From Ophelia neglecta (lineage: Eukaryota), in NCBI GenBank assembly GCA_965285935.1, contig OZ260663.1, positions 1,240,001 through 1,304,000 of the forward strand: DNA of 64,000 bases. Direction: 5' to 3'. How positions within the stretch are numbered: position 1 is the first letter of the stretch; each line of letters opens with the position of its first letter. The translations under genes were made by a program, and so were the position numbers. The notes beneath the pieces were generated by a model, which saw only the letters and a list, made by a program, of their open reading frames with translations, made no database searches and was not told the origin of the DNA. Positions 22,401 to 34,597 of the stretch are shown one piece after another.

Positions 22401-24250
22401 ATAGGGCGTGCAATAATCAGTGCTGCATCTCGTATGGTAAATAGTCGTGAACAATCATGGGAGAATTCCTCGGGGGATATACGGGAGAAGGTGGTGTAAG
22501 GATCAGTGGAATGTGCCCTAGGGTATTTACGGAGGAAGGGGGAGAGGAATTTGCTAGCGAGATATACGGGGGAAGGGGGTGTGATAATCAGTGGAAAATT
22601 TCCTCGGGAGGTATATAGGGGAAGGTGGTGTAAGAATCAATGCAGAAAGAACTCGGGGGATAAACAAGGGAGAGGTCGTGTACGATACAAGGGAGAATTT
22701 ATTTGGAAGATATAAGGGTAAAGGTGGTGTGAGATTCAGTGGAGTAAGAACTCGGGGGACATACGGGTGAAAAGGTGTAGGAATCAGTGGAGAATAGCTT
22801 CGGGGGACAGAGAGAGGAGAGTCAGAGAGGAATCAGTGAAGAATGGCATAGGAGACAGAGGCAGGAGGGTCGTAGATAATGGTTTTCTCGAATTAAATAC
22901 TGAGAATCAAGCGAGAATTTAGGAATAATAAAGAGAGGGCGATAAGTTAAAGTTAAGTGGGAATATCCAGAAACATCGTTGGAAAGTAAAGGGAATATAG
23001 GAAAGAATGTCAAAGGAGAACGTCGAGTAGCGCATGGATGTGAGGGGCGGTTATCGAACGTGGGCTTATTTTAGACGGTACAAGATGTTTTCATATGATA
23101 ATTTCCCGGTATTTAAATTGATGTGGCTCCTTCTTTTTGAAATAAGGACTGTACTTTATTAAATCCGTTATTCCTATTGCGGGGAACAAGTCAACTCTAG
23201 TAAATAGCCCTTAACCAATTAAATAGCAGGCTTTTCGTGGTTGCATACCAATATTATATTGCAGCTCAATGCTGGCGACTCATCGCTGAATACAGTTAAT
23301 AGGTTCACGACTTCACATATAAGGCTGCTAACACTTACGAGATCATAAAGTCATAAGTGTTAGGTAATAAACTGCGTTGTATAAACAGCAGTCCCGGCTG
23401 GCAAATAGCCGGCGGTGGCTGTGTCAGGGTCGGCTGGCTATAAACGAGGCAATAAGTGATAAATAAGCAATTAAACATCCCTAACAACTGTCCTGGGACG
23501 ATATCTACCTAGGTTCACAGTTGTAAAACAGCAATACGATATTACATCAACCAAGTTAGGTAAAATCGAGTGGGCTTATACATAATGACACAGGGAAATT
23601 CAAAATGAGCTCGGCTGCTCATAGTCATACAGAATGAGGTGGGTGTGTGTGTGGGGGGGGGGGGTTGGGGGGGGGGGATGGAGGGCTTGCGGCGGTGTGG
23701 GCGGGGGTGGGGGAGGTGTGGGTGGGGGGCTTCAACATCACAGAAAGCAGGGTTCGATGGTCGAATTTAGCTGTAGGTGTGTTGGGTAAATGGGGTTGAC
23801 AGGTCAAGGCATAAGTTAGGGGCGTGAATCGGAGTACACTGCAAAATACTTGGTACCAGAGTGTTAGTAAAGGTGTCTTATCCAAGTTTTTTGTTTAAAA
23901 TGAGGAGGGGGTGGGAAAGGGGGGCAGATTACAATTGTTTTTAAATTGGGGAGGGAGTGGGGGGAAGGGGTTGCAAAACTCGAAACTATAGCTAGCAAAC
24001 TGACAAAATGAAAAGATTTGACAAACTTGCAGTTTTAAGTAAACATGATAATAAATCCGGAAACTACCAGCCTAGTTGAAAAACTCTATGTAGATTTAGA
24101 CTGTATGTTGTTCCTAGTGTATCAAGTTTTGTACCTGAATTTTTTATGTGGCAATCATTAAACCTTTGCCTGCATTAACCTTTGTCCAGTTTAAATTGTT
24201 TTAATTATATTAAATAGATTCCACTTGGCTTCCTGACCTAAGCGAGGAGA
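13500..24250. repeat. Mosaic of duplicated G/C-run-rich segments (probable nested copies of a repeat family)
   Basis: Near-identical pairs: ~14565-15012 with ~18902-19384; ~15120-15710 with ~20685-21290; ~16060-16660 with ~21395-22020. Related motif at 14270-14420 and 23395-23545; degenerate ~40-bp purine-rich repeats at 22200-22830. Confidence 0.75.
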
Positions 24251-24363
24251 TTAAAATCACATAAACTGACACTATCAACCCAGATAAAATAGAACTGTCA
24301 GATATATTTCAAAATTCAAGTGACTACGTTGTCTGCACTCGTCTGCAACTACAACAGGGGTGA

Positions 24364-25320
24364 CCTGATATCTTTTCTTGTTGATTGCTATATGCTGGTA
24401 TGGAGTCACGTGGTCGTGTCGAAATGGACACACCCTACCCTCCGTGGGGTCTGACGGTCAGGGAGAAACCCGGGGATTCAGAAGTGAATTTGATCGGGCA
24501 TCCTGTGGAATTTAGCCTGACAATCAAGAGAGATTTCAACAGATTATCTGAGGAAATATCGATAGTGAAGCAAGGAGACATTATCCAGCAGGGGTTATCC
24601 GTGGCAATGGATGGGGACTAAAGGTGTGTGGAAAAGGGAGAAAGGTCTACACAATATGGACTGTTTAAAAATTCAAACGAGCATGGATACGAAATCTAAT
24701 ATAAACATACAAGTGTCTAATTATACCTTTAGAAAGAGATGAGATGCAATAGACCACTTGACATATTATTAAGTACAGATTTACTTATCTAATATTGTTT
24801 AATTTATATGGGAAAATCAGGAACACGCCTTGAATATGTTGTGTTTAGCGGCAATCCATTCTATGTTTGCTCCGTGCCGAACCACGCAGATTCAATCAGA
24901 ACGGCCGATCCCTAAATATAATCAATTCTAAATGATTACACAGAATGAGATCCCGGGAGCCGGTCGTTTATCACCCACCCACCCCTTCCCCTGCCCGGTA
25001 ATGAGCTAATGATCCGTAATGTAAACAAGACATAATGCCATATTTTATGGTATCCTCTCACTGTTCAAATCCTCACCAGATTTTTCCAAAGGAAAGGCCA
25101 GTCTAAACATTCATTGTAAAACCGTAAAAGAAATGTTAAAACATTTGATCACTCACCTCACTGTCTGAAGCTCTGGTCTGAGGAGTAAACAACTCACCCC
25201 GGGTGGAAACTGCTCGCCCTGGGTAGACACAACTCACCCCGGGTGGAAACTGCGCGCCCTGGGTAGACACAACTCGCCTTGGGTGGAAACAAGCAGCCTT
25301 GAAACTGCCAAAAGGATTCG
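24364..25320 (-). other. Possible 5'UTR exons of the NLR gene
   Basis: Minus-strand donors (GAG|gtgagt at 25157 and within the 40-bp repeat) and a strong polypyrimidine acceptor cctttctcccttttccacacacctttag with the exon starting at 24617. No recognisable protein. Confidence 0.3.
25190..25290. repeat. 40-bp tandem repeat, ~2.5 copies
   Basis: aactcaccccgggtggaaactgc(t/g)cgccctgggtagacac repeated. Confidence 0.85.
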
Positions 25321-26269
25321 TCGAAAATATCGCCCCGGAAAGTCTTTCCGTTGATAAAGTTTATAACCAAATCCCAAATATGGTGAGAGTCTAGAGAAAC
25401 TAACGGAGTGAAATAAATTTTAGAATGTTATAGTCTGCTTGCAGAATCTATCAAAGGATTAGAAATGTGTAATCCGCACAGGGCGATCCTCCTGAGACGA
25501 ATGACAACGCTCACTTGAAAAAACTTACCAACTTAATGAGGGTCATATATTTCTTTTAAGTGCTTTAGGTGCATATAACTGCTATAGTCTTATGATTTAT
25601 ATTGTACTATACACTTGTTCATATAACGTGCAAGCGTAGAAAAGCCACCTCCTTGGGGACGGTCCTTTGTATAATCCGGGGGGGGGGGGGGAGGGGGAGG
25701 GAGGGGGGGTTAGGACCCTTGCTCAGTGATGGTGCAGAGGATATAAACGGTGTTTGATGTTTTGGGTTTTTGGGGTTGGGTGGGCATTATTTGCCCATGG
25801 TGATCAACTACATATAATCAGCCTTCCCCATTACCCCCCCCCCCACCCCCACCCCCAGCTCGTCACCCTACTCGGGCCAGGTAAGAAAATATTCTATGAA
25901 GAGAGAAAGGTAGTATCTACTTTTTTCGTTCTGAATTGAATGATCAATTGTCATAGATTTGTAGAGAGCTGGAGCTTACTTGATTAAGATGTGTACCATT
26001 ACATATACATTAAGGGCCATTTGATTATGCTGATATGTGATTGTGGGATCAATTAACGTTTTTACATCAATTATGTTTAGCTAGATATAAACATTTCGTC
26101 TTTGCTTATTGGAATTAAATGCATTTATTTCGAGCTAAATCAAACCTCATTGGCCCGGGTTTTGCCATTTAGGCCGTTTTTTTTCGGGATCAAAGATTTT
26201 TATTTATTATTACCCGGGAAAGTTCTGTGTAATTTCCCCTAATTAGGGATTCATTCAGTTTATCAGGAT

Positions 26270-28640
26270 ATAATTATAAGTTTATTCTCCTGAACTAAAT
26301 CAGAGCTACATATAGTAAACATATATACAATTCAGCGGGCACAATATTCAGCAACTTATCAATTTAAAGATATATTCAGTAGACATTATGACATTCAAAG
26401 ATAAATACATTCAACAGACATAGTGGCATTCATAGCGTTACAATTCAATAGATCTGCTATATACGAATCAATCAATCTGGTATATACGAATATGAAAAAA
26501 CATAACCTTGGCATATCTTCCGTAGGTAGCTACGACTAGTTCGACTAGGTCAACCTAACTATTTACCATCTGACAACTTTCATCATTCCCAAGGAAGACT
26601 GGGACTAGCCGTGGAGAGTCTGACAGATTATACAGCATGACAAAGTCTGCCGGCCCTAGTAAATTTACGATGTCTTCCCACAGTATATTCCTCAAATCAG
26701 TGAGGACTGGGCACCCTCCGTCACAAAACATGTGTTCAAACGGGTTAATTACATACTCGTCACACAATACACACGAGACTTCTAAACTTTCATTAAACAG
26801 TGAGAAGAGATATACCAGATTCATGACATTGTTAAGTAAAGATGGACTGACCTTCGCAATCTCATACAAAACAAAAGGAGTTTCAATAAAATGCGGGTGT
26901 ATTTTTTGAAACATAGCGCAACCAGGCTTTGAAATTGCAACAGAATTTCGCTGGACTGACTCTTTGGATGCAATCGCCTCCTTTACAATTTGCTTCCACG
27001 TTTGTTTTGTAGGGAAACTTAGGGAGGAAAAAAATTGCAACCAAGTTTCCTGCAGATCATATTTTTGGAGAATTCTCATAACATCGGGCACGAAACCTTT
27101 ACAACTATCTTTGGTATCGGTGCAGTCATAATTCTGGAGTCGAATTTCAAACAATGGCGCAGCTAGGTGAGTCTGTGGAAGTGTGGCGAGTTTTAGCATG
27201 AACATGAGCTTTTTCTGGTCTATGATCGCTTCGATAGAGGTCCAGCCAATGGCTGACAAAACAATCTCTGTGTGCGTCCGTGGTTAGAAACCTTGTATGG
27301 ATTTTGCAGCTTTCCGATGGACAACTTCCAGTTGGCTGTTCCCTGATATCGACAGGTCATTCCAGATTTCAGCGCCGTGTAACATCGAAGGGAGACATAT
27401 TTGTGTCCACACCTTCGACGACGTTAATGGGTTAAGCCGGTTATTGACGACACCAATGCCAGACAGCCTCCCAAATAACTGCCTACCCTTTTTACACATT
27501 GAATCTGTCCGAGAACTAGAGACAAAATTTGCCGACAGTTCTATTCCAATATGGGTAAGTCTAAAAACTTCTTCAATGGGTTTGCCATTAAGACACCGTT
27601 GGCGATTTTCTTTGTTTTTCTATGTTGAGCAGTGCTTTCTCCAAATACAACGACTTGACTTTTTGATGGCGAGAAAATTAACCTCCATTTACGGCTATAT
27701 TCTCCGGCCATATCCAGCATCCTTTGAAGGCCGTCATGTGTAGCAGAGAGGAGTGCAGTGTCATCTGCCAGTGTAGGAGTTCCAACGTCCACTCCTCTGA
27801 CTTGGAGTCCGTCTCCTGTTTGTGTCATCGTTTCATGTAGATCGTAGTAGGCTTTAGCCATAAACAATGTTGATAATACTCCACCCTGTTTAATGCTACG
27901 TGTGACTGGGAAGTAGTCAGAATATTCTCCGCTTACCCAAACACACGAACTTGAGCCATCGAGCCATTCCCTGATCAATCTCCACAGCCAGCCGCGAATC
28001 CCAAGCTTAAACAGCTTGAGTAGTAGACCGTCCCACCATACTCGATCAAAAGCTTTTTCTATATCAAGAAATGCAGCAAATACTTTGCCTCCGCGTTCAT
28101 TGAAAAACCGAATGCTCTCCTGAACACTGAAAGACAGGAGTACATTATTTGACAGTTTTTTGCAATGTTGCAGTGGACCGGGGAAACAGCTCTCTTCCAT
28201 CCAGGGCTCTAAACGCCTCATAACAATTTTTTCCAAGAGTTTGTTCAAGACTGACATCAGAGATATACCCCTGTATGAGTTTTTGTCCGTCTTGTCCTTC
28301 TTTTTACCCTTGTAGAGGGGGACAATCACACCTTGCTTCAAGGAACGAGGTATATGGCATGTGAGAATGATATCATTATAGAGCATGGCCAGTAGTTTAT
28401 ATAAGCTGAGACTTCCGAATTTAGGTGCTCATAAACTATTCCATCCCGTCCCGATGCCTTGCCGTTGGGGAGAGATTTTGCTATCTCTTCCACTTCTTCT
28501 GCAGAGATAGATTCCAACGGAATGTCACAATCATGCTCTGGCGAATCAGCTGATTCTGTACAAATCTGCAGTTCACTTTTCACAGTATTAGCAAAATCAT
28601 TATCAAAACAGTCTGACTCATTAACTTGCTTTTTTTTACT
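26270..28640 (-). mobile_element. Frameshifted non-LTR retrotransposon ORF2 (RT plus C-terminal Cys-rich region), 5'-truncated
   Basis: LPNGKASGRDGI, IVPLYKGKKKDKTDKNSYRGISL, FLDIEKAFDRVW, IKQGGVLST, PTLADD, CVLCDE...EHMFC spread over four broken ORFs; AATAAA-type 3' end near 26285. Confidence 0.92.
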
Positions 28641-29299
28641 TATTTTTTTAGGGGACTTATTTGAAAATGTTGGAAATATTTGAACCGGGAAACTCTCAAT
28701 CGTTTTATTATGCTTTCTTATATCCTTACCTCCATTATTGGAATGTAGTATGGGGGAATTATCATTGTTATTTAAAACCACTGTTCATGGTCAAGAAGAG
28801 TGTTACAATATAACTAACAGGTCTTAGCTGTAGAGGTTTCACTATGCCACTGTTCTGTCAGCTGGATATATTTGTGTTGCACAATGTAAGTATCGCTATC
28901 ACCATGGCCTGCTTCCATCACCATTCTTTTCGATGTTTAATACCAACTCTAATACGCATACCTATGTAACTAGACAAACAGGCCAGCTCGCTACTCCCTT
29001 TGCTAGACTGAACCTGGTGCGTAGGCCTTAAGATTTCACGGGGCTTGTTTATATAATTGTTAACGCCATGATAGAATTTATGTTGTCTTTGCCTGATTTT
29101 AGATAAAATATCAAAAAATCTCCAAACTTCTCCAATGATATATCTGCATCATATTTTATTACAAACCATTTACATGTCCACTTATCATATCCATTTGCAC
29201 AATTATAGCAAGTGTTTGACCAACTGTAAAGGGGCATATAAGCACCAGCTTCAGCTCCGATTGATATATCTTTTATTTCAGTATTTTATTCAGGATAAG

Positions 29300-30900
29300 A
29301 ATGGTATTAAATACTTACAAATCAGTACGTTGTCTCGGGTGTTATACATTAACACAGTGGTTGTCTCTGAAAGATTCTGGAAAGCACCACATTTGCATCA
29401 ACTCTGGTCTCCAGTATTCACAAAAGCAAGCCACAGAGAGGCCACACTGTCTTGGCCACATCCACTCTGGGAAATCCAGAAAGGTTTATATCACAAATCT
29501 TTACCAGATCCGCCACATACACATTACCTTTACTAGGCCAATGTTTATAGAAAAAGCTCTCTTCGTTTATTTTGAAATGAGAATTTTACTACAAGGGTTG
29601 CTGTACTAGTTGATTCCAATTAACAATCTCCTGTTTTGTACATAAATGTGACCATGAATTAAGCACGTATTTCAAAAAAAAGAAGATTTTAGTGTGAGCT
29701 TTACAAATGTCAATATGGTCCCACCAAACTGGTAAACTCTGTTTTCCAGTTTAAGTTCATACTAGATGATTACTTTCCACATACCTACAGTGCTAAGTAC
29801 CCCCATTGGCAAAGTTACCCTCAGAGCATGTATGGAGGCCCATCCGGATAACTACAATATTTTTTTTGCATTTTTATTTTATCAACCGGTCCCCGCCACA
29901 GAAACCTGAAAAGCATGATTGTAACCAAAATTAATATTTGACTTAATTACAGTAATACGACCGTATGGTGTCAAATGCGTCTAGACCACATAGCTAGTGT
30001 TGTTTTGGTTTTAAACAGGACATTGTCATAGTTAATTTGTGGCATATTGTATGAATTACCACGAAACGAGTAAATTAAATTTTGTTTTCCCCGACATGAG
30101 AATCCACCGAGCCCCCATTTTATCCAAACTGAAACATTTACTACCCAAGCAAATGATCAGTGTTTTCGAAAAAAATAATTTTGTGTGCAAAATCTCCCAG
30201 CACTGGCATGGCATCATCCAGAGATTTCTCAGAGCCATTCAGTAACATTGATGTATGGTCTGCAAATTGCGATATCAAAATTTCTTCTTCAGCTGTGTCA
30301 TTCCCTTTAATGCCTTTATTCAGTTTAATCATTTGGGAAAGAATTTCTGCACACAGTACAAACAGATATGGCGTTAGTGGGCCCCCTGCCTGCAGGTCCG
30401 CTTGACACTTAGCTGCAAAAATGCAGATACAGATAAGTACCCTCCTTTTGTTACAGTAGAGGATTTATTATTATAGAAAACTTGGAACCATGATTTACTG
30501 GATCGTTCAATTAAAAAAAATCCAAGACCTGGTATATAAACCTCAACGAGTGCTTTCTTGAAGTCTATGAGAAGAAGATGCCATTCATATTGTTTGTTTC
30601 TGTGTACTGCATTACATCATAAATAAGTCGTGCGTTTTCAGCCATTATTCGACCAGGAATGAAATCAGTTTGAACATTACTTGGTATGGAAGGAAGTTTT
30701 TTTAATTCTTGAGGCAATACATTCCGAAGCAATTTTATAAACAATATTAAGTGGCGCAATTGGACGCCAGTGTTTAAAAAAAATTGTGTCGGTTTACCCC
30801 CTTAAGCAGACAGATTATCATATTATCATTACGCTTGATATTTCTTCACTAACCGTTTGGTTAAATCAAAAGTGCTGTCTCAATCTCTTCCTAATATAAA
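29300..30900 (-). mobile_element. Degraded L1/Tx1-like LINE ORF2 fragments
   Basis: QTDFIPGRIMAENARLIYDVMQY and NKGIKG...ILISQFADHT (FADD motif); many stops and frameshifts. Confidence 0.8.
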
Positions 30901-31299
30901 TATCGATTAAGTTAGATCGCTTCTTCAAGAACATCTTCATGTTTATATACCTTTTCTCCAGAACATTTTTTTATACTAGGGAAACATACAATTTTACGGT
31001 TTTACGCTGTTCAGGTCACCTACTCAGACTGTTGCCCAGACAATTAATCGCCTCAATTTGCACTAGCTTAGTAAAATGAATTTAGTTTCACACTAGAGAG
31101 ATAAGGATACCGATAATTGCATAAGCTTGGATAAAAAAAAATCGTAAAAATGTCAAAAGAGATATATATTACTCAAGACTAGGTTGAATTATTGCTTACA
31201 AGCATCAGCACATACCTTAGTACAATATAACCAAGTTCAATACAACGTTAGGGAAAGTTTCGAGACTGACCACTAGAAGGAGGAGGAGGGCTCGTGATT

Positions 31300-31850
31300 T
31301 TGCTAAACGAAGCCCTAGGACACGGCTCACTAACTGGTCTAGATTGCTCATCTTCACAACTGAGATTTTAACAGAAGCAAATGCTTTTCCGTTTATTGCC
31401 TCGCTTTTTTGACGGAGGATGAGGGTGTGTGTTTCAGCTTATGCAAGATTTCACCAATTGCTTTTTTTATGTCTTCCTGTATCCAGATATCCGGAGCTGT
31501 TGTCTTCAGTGATTTACGAGCCCGGAGCACGACGGATTTAGTCTCCAATCTCACAAATTTACACACAATGGTTACTTATTCGGTCACTCCATGATCTGGG
31601 CAGTCACTGGGCTACACATCTGTCTTCTGTCTTCAGATCAACTCCTAGTTTGTCTCGTAAGAGAGAGTCTAAAGCATATGCCTATGCAGTGTTCCGGTTT
31701 CTTATGCCTGGCAGCGGCTGATACAGAGAGATACTGGCAGTCCTGAGATACGAACCGCGGATTTCCTTGTCCAGGCTTATAACAACATTGACCTTCACGA
31801 TCTGACCCCGACCTACCTGATGTCTGGTTAATTGTCTGATAATAAGAGTA
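31300..31850 (-). mobile_element. Degraded LINE ORF1-like remnant
   Basis: Minus strand reads LLRDKLGVDL...IVCKFVRLETKSVVLRARKSLKTTAPDIWIQED, resembling the L1/CR1 ORF1 RRM-CTD region. Confidence 0.55.
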
Positions 31851-32256
31851 CAGTGGGCTACGGAGATACTCTCACACAGACTAGTACCACCAAACTACGC
31901 TCCCAAAATTCAAGGTGAAGTTTTATTTATGCACATACATGAAAACTGAAGGTCATTGCAAACATATGCCACAGTGAGACTGTTTTATTATCTCCAGGTA
32001 TCAGATGAACGTGGTGACGATACTAGCAAGACTCACCAACTAGTATGTACTGTATGTATCGTTCCATAGACCTACCGTCCTTATGAAACAAATCTTTGAC
32101 ATTGTTGAGCGATGAACATTAAGTAATGATATGATTGGTGGGATTTGGAGATAATATGGGAATTTGATAACCTAATGCTACTACCAACAAAAAACGTCTA
32201 AAATATACATAAACACTGTAATAGAATACATAAAATGTTCCTGTAAGAAACGTTCT

Positions 32257-32625
32257 TGGTAAAGTATATAAGAAGAAAAGGTTGCTTTGGTCAGATGTTG
32301 GTAAAGTATATAAGAAGAAAACGTTGCTTTGGTCAGATTTTGGTAAAGTATGTAAGAAGAAAAGGTTGCTTTGGTCAGATGTTGGTAAAGTATGTAAGAA
32401 GAAAAGGTTGCTTTGTTCTGATGTTGGTCAAGTATATAAGAAGAAAAGGTTGCTTTCTTCAGATGTTGGTAAAGTATATAAGAAGAAAAGGTTGCTTTCT
32501 TCAGATGTTGGTAAATTATATAAGACGAAAAGGTTGCTTTGGTCAGATGTTGGTAAAGTATATAAGAAGAAAACGTTGCTTTGGTCAGATGTTGGTAAGG
32601 TTGCTTTGGTCACATGTTGGTCATT
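32257..32625. repeat. 42-bp minisatellite, ~8.5 copies
   Basis: tggtaaagtatataagaagaaaaggttgctttggtcagatgt repeated. Confidence 0.95.
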
Positions 32626-33506
32626 AAACTTCTGGAGAAAAATACCTCAGACACATAAAACTATCTATTGTGATCTTATTTGTTTCCTTACAATTGACAT
32701 ATTGTTGAAATCATCTCAATAGCTCATTTTGAAGGATGGAATTAGATGCGAGATAGGGATAGGTGCTGGTGATTGGATAAACGGCAAAAAATTGGCACCT
32801 CAATCGAAGAGCAGACATTTAAGTTATTCATTGGTTTTTGAAGAGTGAAATGTATACCGCTGTGGATGTAATTTAAACTTGGATAGGGTTCAAAGCGGCC
32901 GTACCCGAGCTAGGTTGATGAATTGTGATTGGTGTTTTCACCGTGAAAGTCCAAGATTTAATGTATTCAAAAATATTAAATGAAAGAACTAGTTCGAGTC
33001 ATACGTGTATGTATTATTGCACCACATGAGTGGTGCGAACGATGTAGGAATACAGCAAAACAAGACACAGATTAATCATTGTGCACAGCATCTAAAACTT
33101 TGACTTAAAAGGAGGTGTACCGTTCATGATATGCTTAGCATTTTGTTGTGTGACATGCAAGTGTGACTTGCCAAATCTATTTGTTTTGCACTCACTAGTG
33201 GTATTCCTCCGCCCAAAGGGCCCCTTCCTCCATGGTATGTTATGATGGTCTGTTAAGTTTGAATGAGAGTTGCACAGACGACAAAATCCTCATTGGATGG
33301 TGACTGATACTCTCAGCGGATTAATCTATTACATGTTTATGAAAATGTGCAGTCAGCCAGTTAAGCCGGTCCATTTCTAGAATAAATCTGTTTATAATTT
33401 GTTACCCTGTCCTGAGACAGATTAAATGACAAATTATCAGTGAACTTACAAGGCTTTTAATCTTATGTTAGGGACATGTGGGGCATGAGTGTCATAACTT
33501 ATTTGG

Positions 33507-33919
33507 TTTTTAATAAATCAGACCTCTGGATTGTAGGTTAATTTAGGGATGGTAAAGGAACAATAGATGTTTAGGTTCTGCTCAAGCCTTGGAATTGTAA
33601 CAAGGGAAAGGATACTCGGTGGACAACCCCGATCACTATTACAAATAGTCCACTAAATTGGTCCAATACTATCAGGAACTGTGCGCATGGGCCCACAAAC
33701 TTCAATCCCCAGTTTTAATAAATCAGACCTCTGGATTGTAGGTTAATTTAGGGATGGTAAAGGAACAATAGATGTTTAGGTTCTGCTCAAGCCTTGGAAT
33801 TGTAACAAGGGAAAGGATACTCGGTGGACAACCCCGATCACTATTACAAATAGTCCACTAAATTGGTCCAATACTATCAGGAACTGTGCGCATGGGCCCA
33901 CAAACTTCAATCCCCAGTT
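33507..33919. repeat. Perfect ~205-bp tandem duplication
   Basis: aataaatcagacctctgg... starts at 33512 and 33717. Confidence 0.95.
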
Positions 33920-34072
33920 CTCTTGATGTCAATAAACAATATGAAAAGTATATGTTATGTTACATGGGCGCTCTATATCTGTTTTGACAGTGAGAGTCAC
34001 CACATCAGGCTTAAGACATCAGGCGTCTATTGTAAGGTGCGTGGGACCTCCACGCACCTTTCATTCAGACTT

Positions 34073-34597
34073 GATCTACTGGGTATCCACTCCCGTATTA
34101 TAACATGAGGAGAAGGCTCTACATCCATGATCTACTGGGTATCCACTCCCGTATTATAACATGAGGGTACGACTCTACATCTATGATCTACCGGGTATCC
34201 ACTCCCGCATTATAACATAAGGGGACGGCTCTACATCCATGATCTACTGGGTATCCACTCCCGTATTATAACATGAGGGGAAGGCTCTACATCTATGATC
34301 TACCGGGTATCCACTCCCGCATTATAACATAAGGGGACGGCTCTACATCCATGATCTACCGGGTATCCACTCCCGTATTATAACATGAGGAGAAGGCTCT
34401 ACATCCATGATCTACCGGGTATCCACTCCCGTATTATAACATGAGGGGAAGGCTCTAAATCCATGATCTACCGGGTATCCACTCCCGTATTATAACATGA
34501 GGAGAAGACTCTACATCCATGATCTACCGGGTATCCACTCCCGTGTTATAACATAAGGGGACCGCTCTACATCCATGATCTGGCCGGTATCCACTCC
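34073..34597. repeat. 56-bp minisatellite, ~9.5 copies
   Basis: gatctaccgggtatccactcccgtattataacatgaggggaaggctctacatccat repeated. Confidence 0.95.

Noticed and set aside
32256-32722. 14-aa repeat ORFs
   Set aside because: Translation of a 42-bp minisatellite.
34073-34597. 56-bp array as CRISPR
   Set aside because: Head-to-tail units without unique spacers.
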